Source: an uncultured Candidatus Entotheonella sp. (GTDB taxonomy: Bacteria > Tectomicrobia > Entotheonellia > Entotheonellales > Entotheonellaceae). Taken from it: a stretch of DNA of 64,000 nucleotides. Of the stretch, positions 39,629-49,038 are shown piece by piece. The notes beneath the pieces are model-generated. The model made no database searches, was not told the origin of the DNA, and was given only the letters and a program-made list of their open reading frames with translations. Position 1 is the first letter of the stretch. Each line of letters begins with the position of its first letter. A program made the translations under genes and the position numbers. The stretch spans positions 896,001 to 960,000 of the forward strand of contig CBDCDA010000002.1 in the NCBI GenBank assembly GCA_965215335.1, given 5' to 3'.

Positions 39629-40372
39629 GTGAGCATGCCGAGGGAACGGATCAACGGATTCTGCATGTATTACGAGGCTGCCGGGGAAGGCATGCCGTTT
39701 CTGTTCGTGCACGGCGGCCTGGGCGGCGGCAGGGGCAGTGAGGTGTTCCGGCAGCATCACATGGCCGAGCTGGCGCGGCACGCCACCGTCATTGCCTTCG
39801 ACCGGCGTGCCGCGGGGCAGTCGGAGGAGCCGGCGGGCGGATACGGGTTCGATGGCTTCGTCACCGACATGATGGCCCTATTGGATTATCTGGGGCACCC
39901 GCGGGCGGTCCTGATGGGCCACTCGGCCGGCGGACCGCAGGTGCTGCAGTGCGCGCTCGATCACCCGCAGCGGATCATGGGGCTGGTGCTCAGCAGCACC
40001 GCCTCGCAGACGGTGCGGGGGCCGCCGGAACTGGCTTCTCTGACGACCTATCTGGGCACGACCGCGCTGACGGACTTGCAGAACACCCTGCGGCAAGCTT
40101 CCGGCGGCGCCGTTGGCGGCATTCTGCAGACTTACCTGGCTTATCACCTGCACGGCGACTCGATTGCTGACCGGCTGGCCGAGATCGCGGCGCCGGCGCT
40201 CGTCCTGCACGGTACCGCGGACGACGAGGTGGCGTTTGTCGAAGGCCGCCGCCTGCACGCCGGGCTGCGGAACGCCGCGCTGGTCAGTTTCGAGGGTGGC
40301 CGACACGGCATCATGACCAGTCACGCCGTTGCCTTCCGCCAGGCCATCATCGACTTCCTCGCGGGGCTTTGA
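39629..40372 (+). CDS. Alpha/beta hydrolase
   Basis: HGG oxyanion loop, GHSAGG nucleophile, G..D and GRHG. Confidence 0.88.
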   Translation: MSMPRERINGFCMYYEAAGEGMPFLFVHGGLGGGRGSEVFRQHHMAELARHATVIAFDRRAAGQSEEPAGGYGFDGFVTDMMALLDYLGHPRAVLMGHSAGGPQVLQCALDHPQRIMGLVLSSTASQTVRGPPELASLTTYLGTTALTDLQNTLRQASGGAVGGILQTYLAYHLHGDSIADRLAEIAAPALVLHGTADDEVAFVEGRRLHAGLRNAALVSFEGGRHGIMTSHAVAFRQAIIDFLAGL

Positions 40373-40392
40373 TCCCATTCGTCCCCCGGCGT

Positions 40393-40421
40393 TTGACTTG
40401 CCGCGGTATTGTGGGTACAAC
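40393..40421 (+). promoter_or_regulatory. Sigma70-like promoter
   Basis: TTGACT-17 bp-TACAAC upstream of the PanE-like gene. Confidence 0.5.
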
Positions 40422-40462
40422 CGGGCCTTGTTTCCCGGAATCCGAACGTTCACTGGAGGAGC

Positions 40463-41482
40463 ATGCCAATGCGTTTCGTCATGTGTGGTGCGGGTGCGAT
40501 TGGCGGGGTGTTGGGCGGTCAACTGGCCAAGACCGGTTTCGAGGTGATCTTCATCGACAAAATTGCCGAGCACGTTGCGGCGCTCAACAAGCACGGTTTG
40601 CAGCTCAAAGGGGTGCTCGGCAACCACACCCTGCCGGTCACCGCCGTCATGCAGGCCGGCGACATCGACTTTCGCCCCGACGACGTGGTGTTCATGTCGG
40701 TCAAGTCGTTTCACTGTGACACCGCCTGCGCCGAGTTGCGCCGCGCCACGCCGCTGGAACTGCCTGTCTTCTGCTCCCAGAACGGGGTTGCCAACGAAAC
40801 CACGGCGGGTCGGTACTTCGAGAACGTCAACGGCGTCATGGTGCTGATCGGCGCGAAACGTTTGAACCCCGGCGAGGTGGTGCATACCGGCAACGGTCCG
40901 GTCGGCGTCGGCACCTATCCCGAGGGTCTCAGCCAGGCGGCCCGAGATGTCGCCGCAGCCCTGGAAAGGACCGATCTGCCGGTTTACACTACCGAGCGCA
41001 TTGCCGAGGCCAAGTGGAACAAGATGCTCATCAACCTCAACAACGCCACCATGGGGCTGACCGGGCTGTCCAGTCAAGAGGCGCGCGCCGACGGCGAGGC
41101 GCGGTTATGGATGGCCGACGTGTGGGAGGAGGGCGCCCGGGTGCTCCAGGCTGCCGGCATCGCCTACGAAGGCCCGCCCGGCATGGGACCGATCGAGGAC
41201 CGTATCGCCGAGCTGCGCGGTTCCGAATTCAAGCCCGACGTGCCGGTGGATGACGAGCTCAAGGGCCGCGCCTCGTTGTGGCAGGATCTGTATCACCAGC
41301 GTGGCGAAGTGGAAGCCGATTACTTCAATGGCGAGATCGTCGAGCTCGGCCGGCGGCACAACGTGCCGGCGCCGTACAGCGGCCTGCTGTTGGAATTGAT
41401 CAAGGACATGGCGGCGAAGCGCGAGAAGCCGGGCAAGTACACGATCAGCGATTTGCGCCAGCGGCTGCGAGAGCAGGCGTGA
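40463..41482 (+). CDS. Ketopantoate reductase (PanE/ApbA) family protein
   Basis: GAGAIGG, VKSF, QNGV, KWNKML.N, SLWQD...E.DYFNGEIV. Confidence 0.9.
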   Translation: MPMRFVMCGAGAIGGVLGGQLAKTGFEVIFIDKIAEHVAALNKHGLQLKGVLGNHTLPVTAVMQAGDIDFRPDDVVFMSVKSFHCDTACAELRRATPLELPVFCSQNGVANETTAGRYFENVNGVMVLIGAKRLNPGEVVHTGNGPVGVGTYPEGLSQAARDVAAALERTDLPVYTTERIAEAKWNKMLINLNNATMGLTGLSSQEARADGEARLWMADVWEEGARVLQAAGIAYEGPPGMGPIEDRIAELRGSEFKPDVPVDDELKGRASLWQDLYHQRGEVEADYFNGEIVELGRRHNVPAPYSGLLLELIKDMAAKREKPGKYTISDLRQRLREQA

Positions 41483-41489
41483 GCCTTGC

Positions 41490-41851
41490 CCTGACACATC
41501 AACCTGGGCGAGCACGGTTCCCGCCTCGTCAACGAACGTCACCTCCGTGTAGCGGTCCCTTGCGACGACCGCAATGGTGTATGGGTTGGTGACGACCTGG
41601 GCCGGGAGAACGTCTGGCGCCGGGGTGCTGCGCCTCACGTGCACCTCGAGTGTCTGTCCTTGCTGGCGCGCCGTTGCGGCGAAATGGATGCCATAGCCGG
41701 CGGTCGGCTTTTGTCCCAGGAAGGCCACTCCTGAAGCCACCGGTCGGCAGGCGCCGGAAGCCTTGAGAGTCTGTTCCATAAGTCCGATCAGCTCTTTTTT
41801 TGCCGGCATTGGATAAACATTCGCCCTTTCCAGGGCGCTTTTTTGCCTCAA
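41490..41851 (-). pseudogene. Fragment of a PrcB C-terminal-domain protein
   Basis: FLGQKPTAGYGI...AQVVTNPYTIAVV. No proper start, and no stop before running into the convergent gene. Confidence 0.55.
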
Positions 41852-41998
41852 ACGCCCTGGAATCGGTGAGAATCCCGCCTACCTTTGGAATGTCGCCGAC
41901 TTTAGGAACAGGCTCTTGGTTTCGCCGACTCCCCCGCAAGGGGAGGAGTTGATGGAAAGGGCGACGAGCGAGCAAGCCATTTCGCGCCGAAAGGGGCT

Positions 41999-43759
41999 CT
42001 AGCGAGGAATGACCGGCAGCAGGATGTGCGACGGGTAGCGTGAATCATGGAACACGGTCTGGTTCGCGGATTGGAACCGGCTGCTGGTTGCCTGGTCGTC
42101 GCCGGTGTTGAGGTTGCGGTCGAAGCGCGGGAAGTTGCTGGAGGAAATCTCCACCCGGATGCGGTGCCCCGGCAGGAACACGTGGCTGGTGGCCCACAGG
42201 TCGATGGTGAATTCGGTGACGGTATCGGGTTGCAGCAGGGTCGGGCGGGTGCGGGAGGTGCGGTAACGGCCACGGATGATGCCGTCCGCCAGATTGCGGG
42301 CGTAGCCGTCGGGTCGCACGTCCACCAATTTGGCGGTGAAGTCGGTATCCGGTGCGCTGGTGGCGGCGTAAAGCGTCACGGTAATGGGGCCGGTCACCTC
42401 CAACGGCGCGCTTAGCGGCTCGCCCGTGTAAACCAGAACGTCCTGGCGGGCTTCTACCGCGCGCTGGTCCTGCACGCCGACCGCGATGATCAGCGTATTG
42501 CCGCCGCGGGTCGGCACCGGATCATCGGGGTCGTACACGAACCGGTCTGGTGGTTCTCCGGTGGGTGCTGCCGGGTCCAGGCTGCCATCGCCGCCGGCGC
42601 TGTTGGCGTGCCCCTGGCTGTGAAAGTAATAAGGCGTGTAGCGGGTGCGCGCCAGCGGCCAATCGGCTTCGTCTCGCCAGGCGTTTTCTCCCATCACGAA
42701 CAGCTTCACCGGCGGTTCGCCGGTCATGCCCGTGTCAATGCCCTTCAGCCAATGATCGAACCAGCGCAGTTGCGTCTCCTGCAACTCGATTTTGGCGCTG
42801 TCGCCGAAGTCGATAGCGCCGGTGCCGCGCGAGGTGGGGGTGTTGTAAGGGAAGAGGTGCGCCCAGGGGCCGACGAGCAGCTTCTGGTGCCGGCGCGCCG
42901 TTTCGCCCATGGCGTGCTCGCGCAGGCCGCCGAACGCTGCCAGGCCGCCGCGCAGGAAGATGTCGTACCAGGAGGTGACGTGGTACATCGGGATGTTGAT
43001 GTTGTTCAACTGCCGTTCCAGGTTGACGGCCCACCAATAGGGGCCGTCGTCGGGGTGGCGCAGGTACTCGCCGAGGTAGCGGGCCACCGGCTTGAGCAGG
43101 TCGTCCCAATACGTCAGCGGCAGCCGACGGTAGGCTTCCTCCGTGAGGGGCTGGGCGAAGGGAATAACGGGAGCCGTGATTTCCCGTTCCAGGGCCGGCA
43201 GCAGCGATTCCGTCAGGCCTTGGCGGGCAAGCGAATCGCGGGCCATCAGGATGGCATAGGGAATCTGCCAGCCGAATTCGAAGGCGCCGCCGGTATGGTA
43301 GACCCAGCTTTGATGAAAATCGGCCGATGCGGAGACCGGGAATGCCGTTTTCAGGTGCGGCGGGCGGGTCGGCAGCAGCAGGTACTGCGTGGCGCCGAGG
43401 TAGGACTGGCCCATGGTGCCGACGTTGCCGTCCGACCAGGGCAGGGTGGCGGCCCATTCCACGGCGTCGTAGCCGTCCCGGGCTTCCCAGATGAGCGGGT
43501 AGTACTCGTCACCCTCGGAGGCGAAGCGGCCCCGCGTGTCCTGGTAGATCACCACGTAGCCGCGTTCCACGAAGTAATCGATGTCGCCGGGTCGTTGGCG
43601 CCCGTTCTTGTCGTACGGCAGGCGTGAGAGCAGCACGGGGAAGCGTCCGTCGGCGTCCGGGCGGTAGACGTCGGCACGCAGGGTGACGCCGTCGCGGGTT
43701 TGCAACGGCAGGTCCTTGTGGACGGCGACGCGGTATTGCGGCTGGCGGCTTTGGGCCAT
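41999..43759 (-). CDS. CocE/NonD family hydrolase
   Basis: TRDGVTLRADVYRP, QDTRGRFASEG, GQSYLG, WYD, GPWAH, SSNFPRFDRN. Confidence 0.95.
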   Translation of the reverse strand: MAQSRQPQYRVAVHKDLPLQTRDGVTLRADVYRPDADGRFPVLLSRLPYDKNGRQRPGDIDYFVERGYVVIYQDTRGRFASEGDEYYPLIWEARDGYDAVEWAATLPWSDGNVGTMGQSYLGATQYLLLPTRPPHLKTAFPVSASADFHQSWVYHTGGAFEFGWQIPYAILMARDSLARQGLTESLLPALEREITAPVIPFAQPLTEEAYRRLPLTYWDDLLKPVARYLGEYLRHPDDGPYWWAVNLERQLNNINIPMYHVTSWYDIFLRGGLAAFGGLREHAMGETARRHQKLLVGPWAHLFPYNTPTSRGTGAIDFGDSAKIELQETQLRWFDHWLKGIDTGMTGEPPVKLFVMGENAWRDEADWPLARTRYTPYYFHSQGHANSAGGDGSLDPAAPTGEPPDRFVYDPDDPVPTRGGNTLIIAVGVQDQRAVEARQDVLVYTGEPLSAPLEVTGPITVTLYAATSAPDTDFTAKLVDVRPDGYARNLADGIIRGRYRTSRTRPTLLQPDTVTEFTIDLWATSHVFLPGHRIRVEISSSNFPRFDRNLNTGDDQATSSRFQSANQTVFHDSRYPSHILLPVIPR

Positions 43760-43978
43760 GGATGCTTCCTCCATGCAGGAGCCTGGACGTTGGATGATGG
43801 GCAACGAGGGTAGATTCTTCAACTCCGTAATTCAAGTGGCTTGTCGGGGTTGCCGAGCCTGGCGTTCTGCGCCCGCAGGGGGCCGGTTGACACCGTCCGG
43901 TCCAGCGCGTAAGGTGCCCGCCGTTTCGCACTGCTGCAGTGCATGACGACCTACAGATTCGCCGAGAGGGGGCATGGC

Positions 43979-45100
43979 ATGAAGGGGCGGAAGAGCTTCA
44001 GGGTGACGGCGTTGCTGCTGGCATGTTTGATTATCGGCGGCGGCTGGATTTCCCGGGCGGCGGCCGAGAACCGCACCCAGCCGATCGTGTGGCGGCTGCA
44101 GAGCACCTGGCCGACGGGCAACCTGCTGCACAAGTCGATCCAGCGTCTCGCGGGAACGGTTGAGGAGATGTCCGGCGGACGGCTCAGATGGGAGGTCATG
44201 CCGGCGGGTGCCATCGTCGGGGCGTTCGAGGTTCTGGATGCCGTGCACCGGGGCCTCATCGATGCCGCGCATGCGTGGCCGGGTTACTGGTCGGGCAAGC
44301 ATCCTGCTGCCGGTCTGTACGGGCCGCCGCCCGGCGGTCCGTTCGGCCTCGGACGCGAAGAGTTCACGGCCTGGCTGTTCGCCGGTGAGGGCATGAGCCT
44401 GTACAACGAACTGTTGCAGAAGGAACTCGGCCTGGACGTCGTCGCCTTCTTCACCACCGGGTTGCCGTACTGGGAAGCGTTCGGGTGGGTGCGCAAGCCG
44501 TTCGCCAGCCTGGATGAATTGCGGCAGTTGAAATACCGCACCTCCGGCCTCGGGATGGAGATGATGCAGAACATGGGCGTATCGGTGGTGACGCTGCCCG
44601 GCGGCGAGGTGCTGCCGGCCCTGGAGCGCGGCGCCGTGGACGGGGCCGAGTGGGCCATTCCCAGTCACGATATCCTTATCGGCTTCCACAACGTCACGAA
44701 GTACTACTACATGCCCGACCTGCGGCAGCCGGCTTCGTTGCAGGACCTGCTTATCAACACCAGCGTCTGGGAGGCGCTGCCGGGCGACCTGAAGGCCATC
44801 GTCAAATCCGCTTGCCTGGCCGAAATCATCCGTATGGCGGCGGTCAGCGTCGATATGGAAAGCAAGGCGGTCGACGAACTGACCGGCAAGCACGGCGTGG
44901 AAATCATGCGGACGCCGGACGACGTGCTGAAGGCGGAGCTGGAGGCGATGGACGAGGTTTTCGAGGTGGAAGCCGCCAAGAATCCCTTCTTTGCCAGGGT
45001 ACTCGACTCGCAGCGTGCATTTGCCGAACGCGCTGTGCCGCACGCCCGGCGCCTGCGGCCCCCGATGGAGATCGTCGTACCGCATTATTGGGGCAAATAA
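43979..45100 (+). CDS. TRAP transporter substrate-binding protein (DctP/TakP-like)
   Basis: WRLQSTWP, MSGGRL, LPGGEVLPALERGAVDGAEW. Confidence 0.92.
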   Translation: MKGRKSFRVTALLLACLIIGGGWISRAAAENRTQPIVWRLQSTWPTGNLLHKSIQRLAGTVEEMSGGRLRWEVMPAGAIVGAFEVLDAVHRGLIDAAHAWPGYWSGKHPAAGLYGPPPGGPFGLGREEFTAWLFAGEGMSLYNELLQKELGLDVVAFFTTGLPYWEAFGWVRKPFASLDELRQLKYRTSGLGMEMMQNMGVSVVTLPGGEVLPALERGAVDGAEWAIPSHDILIGFHNVTKYYYMPDLRQPASLQDLLINTSVWEALPGDLKAIVKSACLAEIIRMAAVSVDMESKAVDELTGKHGVEIMRTPDDVLKAELEAMDEVFEVEAAKNPFFARVLDSQRAFAERAVPHARRLRPPMEIVVPHYWGK

Positions 45101-45191
45101 GCGGGACCGTCTGCTGGCGGACGATTGAGGGTACGGGTCCTCTTTCAAGAAAAAGGAACGGCATGGGCCATTTTCCGGCTCCTGCCCCCGC

Positions 45192-45623
45192 TTATTCCGA
45201 GCCCCGCTCGCAATCCCCATTGCTATCCCGCATGGCGTTCGCTCCGGTCGGCGTGAAGTCCGCCTGTTCCTGCCGTCCCGCCGGGTACTGGGGATCCTCG
45301 GGAAACGATCCCTGAATCGTTGCCAGCACCATGGCGTCGTGGCCATCATTGCCCGGTGTGGTGACCTCGTAGGACCCGAAGATGCGGATCGTCGTCGAGT
45401 ACGGCGCCATGCCGATGTAGAAAATCCACTCGAACTGCTTGTCCGCCTCGTAGATGGCCTGCATTCGCATCGAGCGGCTGTAGCGGCACATCCAGCTTCC
45501 GACCAGCCATTTCTGTAAATCCGCTGTCAATTCAGGGTCGGCGTCGTCCGCGCGCGCCGGGGAGGGTGTCGCTGTCAGGCTCGCGAACATGGCCAGGATC
45601 ATCACCAGGACGAACAAGCGCAT
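45192..45623 (-). CDS. Secreted hypothetical protein (LVGSW lipocalin-like start)
   Basis: RBS GAGGAG, signal peptide MRLFVLVMILAMFASL...ARA; real start lies inside an 811-aa shadow ORF. Confidence 0.7.
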   Translation of the reverse strand: MRLFVLVMILAMFASLTATPSPARADDADPELTADLQKWLVGSWMCRYSRSMRMQAIYEADKQFEWIFYIGMAPYSTTIRIFGSYEVTTPGNDGHDAMVLATIQGSFPEDPQYPAGRQEQADFTPTGANAMRDSNGDCERGSE

Positions 45624-45786
45624 ACGTTTCTCCTCAAAAGCGGGTAGGTCCGTGCGACGGGATGGGTTCATCGGGCTACTGGCGGGCATTATATCCGTAC
45701 ACCCCGCGAAAGTAACGGATCTGAGCCGCCCGCTGAGAAAGCTGCCACAATGGTTCCCGGCCGCTGGCCGAGAGTACGATTTGGGG

Positions 45787-45815
45787 TTGACACTTCCGGC
45801 GTGTCTCCATAACAT
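45787..45815 (+). promoter_or_regulatory. Sigma70-like promoter of the PQQ dehydrogenase
   Basis: TTGACA-17 bp-TAACAT. Confidence 0.6.
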
Positions 45816-45896
45816 TGCCGCCCTTCCAGGATTGGGCCATGCCAAGGTCACGGCAAGGCATACTGCAATTTTCCGAACCCGATAAAGGAGCAGGCC

Positions 45897-47603
45897 ATGA
45901 ACCGCATTCGGATGAAGCTCACAGGCGTGGGTGTCGCGTTGGCGCTCTGCTTGATGGGAACTACCGCATGGGTGAGTGCCCAGGCGAATGACCAAGCGGT
46001 GACGGATTCGATGTTGCTGTCCGATCCCGCAGCATCTTGGCTGCACACCAACGGCAATCTTGCCGGACACCGCTACAGCGTGCTTACGCAATTGAACACG
46101 TCCAATGCCGATCAACTCAACGTCGCGTGGATTTTCTCGCCGGGCGGCAAGACTGATGCCCAGAATACGCCGCTGTACCACGACGGCATGGTGTATTTTG
46201 CGCAGGACAACACGGTCTTCGCGATTGACGCCCGTTCCGGTCAGCGCGTGTGGAAGTACGTGCACGAGCTGCCCGAGACGTTCGGCGGCTACAACGTCGA
46301 CTTCATCACCGGAAAACACCGCGGCGTCGCCATCTACGGCGACTATATCTATTTCCTGTCCAACGACACCAAGCTGCACGCCATTCATCACAAGACGGGC
46401 GAGCAGAAGTTCGTCAAACAGTACCTGCATTATCCCGAGGCTTTCGACAAAGCCGAGGATGGGGATTCCAATGGCTATGCCACCACCGTTGGTCCCACGG
46501 CCATTCCCGGTGGCCAGATTATCGTTCCCCTCAACGCCACGGACTTCGGTGGCCTGCCGGGCTTCGTTTATGGCGTCAACCCTGAAGACGGTGAAGTCCT
46601 CTGGGAATGCAACATGATTCCCGGTCCCGGCGAACCCGGCTATGAAAGCTGGCCTGGCGACAGCGCCGAGTACGGCGGCGCTGGTCCCTGGATAAGCGGC
46701 TCCTGGGATCCTGATCTGAAGATGTATTACACCGGTACGGCCAATGCCTATCCGTGGAATCCCAAGGACCGTGGCGAGGGCTTGATGGACAACCTCGGCG
46801 CTGCCAGCGTGGTGGCCTGCAATACCGACACCGGCCAGGCAGCGTGGCGCTACGTGGCGGTTCCCGGCGACCCGTGGGACTTCGACATACCGCAGACACC
46901 GATGATCATCACCGTTGATGGTCGCAAGACGATCGTGCATCCGAACAAGGTCGGCTTCATCCACTACCTGGATGCGGCGACCGGCCAGTTCTTGCGCGCC
47001 CCGGCGTTTGTCGACCGGTTGAACTGGATCGACGGCTATGACGTGGAAGGCCGCCCGATAAACCAGTTGCCCTTGCCGATCGAGGGCGGTGAGGCGGTCG
47101 AGGTGTGGCCGAGCCTGTTCGGCGGTGTGAACATGTATCCGAATGCCTACAATCCGCTGACCGGGAACCTGTATCTGGCGGCGACGAATGCGGGCATGCT
47201 GTACAAGTTCGAAGAGATCAAGGTCATCAGCAACGTGCGTCACTTCGGTGCCTCGGTGGAGTTCATCTGGGGTTACGAGGTGGAACTGGCGATTGACGTA
47301 GAGTCCGGCGCCGAGGTATGGCGTGATCAGAAGGGCAAGTGGGGGTATGCGGGCGGCATGCTGACGACGGCCGGCAATCTGGTGTTCTACACCAGCCAGG
47401 CGGGCGTCTTCCATGCCACGAATGCCACCACGGGCGAGATTCTCTACACCTTCAACCTCGGTGTGACGCCGAAGTCCGGCCCCATCACCTACATGCTGGA
47501 CGGCAAGCAGTACGTCGTGCAGCCGGTGGGCGGTGTGCCGGGCTGGGGTTACGAAGAGCATAACCTGGACCACGGCAGCATGGTGGTGGCGTTCAGTCGC
47601 TGA
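45897..47603 (+). CDS. PQQ-dependent dehydrogenase (alcohol dehydrogenase-like beta-propeller)
   Basis: RBS AAGGAG; signal peptide; RYSVLTQLN, AIDARSG..W repeats, GDPWDFD, GPITYMLDGKQYV. Confidence 0.92.
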   Translation: MNRIRMKLTGVGVALALCLMGTTAWVSAQANDQAVTDSMLLSDPAASWLHTNGNLAGHRYSVLTQLNTSNADQLNVAWIFSPGGKTDAQNTPLYHDGMVYFAQDNTVFAIDARSGQRVWKYVHELPETFGGYNVDFITGKHRGVAIYGDYIYFLSNDTKLHAIHHKTGEQKFVKQYLHYPEAFDKAEDGDSNGYATTVGPTAIPGGQIIVPLNATDFGGLPGFVYGVNPEDGEVLWECNMIPGPGEPGYESWPGDSAEYGGAGPWISGSWDPDLKMYYTGTANAYPWNPKDRGEGLMDNLGAASVVACNTDTGQAAWRYVAVPGDPWDFDIPQTPMIITVDGRKTIVHPNKVGFIHYLDAATGQFLRAPAFVDRLNWIDGYDVEGRPINQLPLPIEGGEAVEVWPSLFGGVNMYPNAYNPLTGNLYLAATNAGMLYKFEEIKVISNVRHFGASVEFIWGYEVELAIDVESGAEVWRDQKGKWGYAGGMLTTAGNLVFYTSQAGVFHATNATTGEILYTFNLGVTPKSGPITYMLDGKQYVVQPVGGVPGWGYEEHNLDHGSMVVAFSR

Positions 47604-47688
47604 TCTCCGTAGTGAAAAGGGGGCCAAGGCATGTACGATTGTCGCACGTGCCTTGGTTCGTTATGGAGAGAGAAGCAAGGACGTGACA

Positions 47689-48120
47689 ATGAGGCGTGTG
47701 GATCGATTGATATGGGTGTTCATCATAATCGCAAGTTGCATGGCATTGGACGACGGACGCACGTTGCAAGGCTTGGTGCACGCCGAGTCGGAGATGCCTG
47801 CGACCAATCCCTTTTCCGGAGATGAGAAGGCGATTGGAGAAGGCAGGTCCTGGTTTCTGGCTGTGTGCGCCCCCTGTCACGGCCCACGCGCCAACGGCGC
47901 AGCCGAGCGGGGTCCAAGCGGTGCTGATTTGCGGACCTTCAACAGGGGTTTTGAGCAGTATGTCCACATCGTCAAGAATGGCCGCGAAACGGGCCGTATC
48001 GGCAAGATGCCCCGTTGGGGTGGCGTGTTATCCGATGAGTTGATATTCCAAATCGGCGCGTTCCTCGAAACTCTGGCAATAGAGGGCGCTTATTGGGGAG
48101 AATCCAAGACCAAGCCTTGA
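47689..48120 (+). CDS. Monoheme cytochrome c (probable electron acceptor of the PQQ dehydrogenase)
   Basis: NPF, CAPCH, distal KMPRW Met. Confidence 0.88.
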   Translation: MRRVDRLIWVFIIIASCMALDDGRTLQGLVHAESEMPATNPFSGDEKAIGEGRSWFLAVCAPCHGPRANGAAERGPSGADLRTFNRGFEQYVHIVKNGRETGRIGKMPRWGGVLSDELIFQIGAFLETLAIEGAYWGESKTKP

Positions 48121-48497
48121 CGACGCGGTGAATGGCGCTTGCCGGGGCGGTGTCCGGCAGAATTTGCTCTCCTTGCTGCATGTCAGTCCCCCCGCCAGCG
48201 GGTCAGATCTTGGTTGACACGTTATACCCCCCTTCCTCATACGCCCCTCCCTTCCAAGAGCGTGCATTGTCAACGCAGGACATACAGCTAAGTTCCAGGA
48301 GCCGATTAGGTATCGTCGTTGCGCTATGCATGGCAGGCGGCGTCGGATAGGTACGGGCTCAGGGAGCAGAAGGACGGTAAGGGGTCACGGACTCGATGCT
48401 GGCATCCCCGCCGCCGGCCTCCTGGCTGCATGGCAGTGTTCCCGGCCTCGGCGAGCCCGGCTACGATTCCCGGCCCGGTGACAGAGGAAGGGAATCG

Positions 48498-48530
48498 AGG
48501 CGCTCGCAGGCGACTGCGGGCGCCTTTTTT
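48498..48530 (+). terminator. Intrinsic terminator
   Basis: AGGCGCTCGCAG-gcga-CTGCGGGCGCCT followed by a T run. Confidence 0.85.
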
Positions 48531-48574
48531 GTCTTGCCATGAAGGACAGGCCGGGATGAGGGCGCGCCAAGAGG

Positions 48575-48647
<73 letters not shown>

Positions 48648-48718
48648 ATGGGAGAGGCGTTATTCCGGCCGCCCCGGCGTGGGTGGTGCCGGGGACGGAG
48701 ACACGGAAACGCCGCGGC

Positions 48719-48949
48719 TCATACGGATTGCAGGCTGGAGATGGCGTCGAAAATCTCGTCATGTTCGGGGAACCGGAAGGTCTTGAGCTTGGAGAAGATC
48801 AGCTTGCCGTCCACCCGGACTTCAAAGGCGCCGCCGCTGCTCTCGATCAGGGTGGCTACGTGGTCGAATTTGTCTTTGATCGCGCTCTGCAAACTTGCAG
48901 CATCGGGCAAGTAGTTTCATTCACCGCAGTATTCGATAGAAATGTCCAT
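48719..48949 (-). CDS. SelW/SelT/SelH (Rdx) family selenoprotein, CxxU motif
   Basis: RBS GGAGG; MDISIEYCGE-UGA-NYLPDAASL...GGAFEVRVDGKLIFSKLKTFRFP; in-frame TGA at 48917-48919; SECIS-like hairpin at 48887-48900. Confidence 0.9.
48887..48900 (-). promoter_or_regulatory. Candidate bacterial SECIS element
   Basis: CUGCA-AGUU-UGCAG stem-loop starting 17 nt after the UGA; G at loop position 2. Confidence 0.7.
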
Positions 48950-49038
48950 GCCGGACCTCCTCAGCAGAAACCGATTGTCGTGTCGAGTAGCGAGGGATGG
49001 GATTCTAGTCATTTCGCCGGGCAGCGTCAAGCGGTTCA

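Noticed and set aside
45850..45870. Sigma54 promoter before the PQQ dehydrogenase
   Set aside because: GG and GC are 11 nt apart rather than the required 10; a sigma70-like promoter fits better.
45192..47627. 811-aa minus-strand ORF
   Set aside because: Mostly the antisense shadow of the PQQ dehydrogenase; only 45192-45623 has an RBS, a signal peptide and a free locus.
48370..48420. tmRNA, SRP RNA or tRNA-Sec in the intergenic region
   Set aside because: Only a superficial GGGG start; no tRNA-like T arm/CCA end, no SRP helix-8 motif, no UCA anticodon arm.
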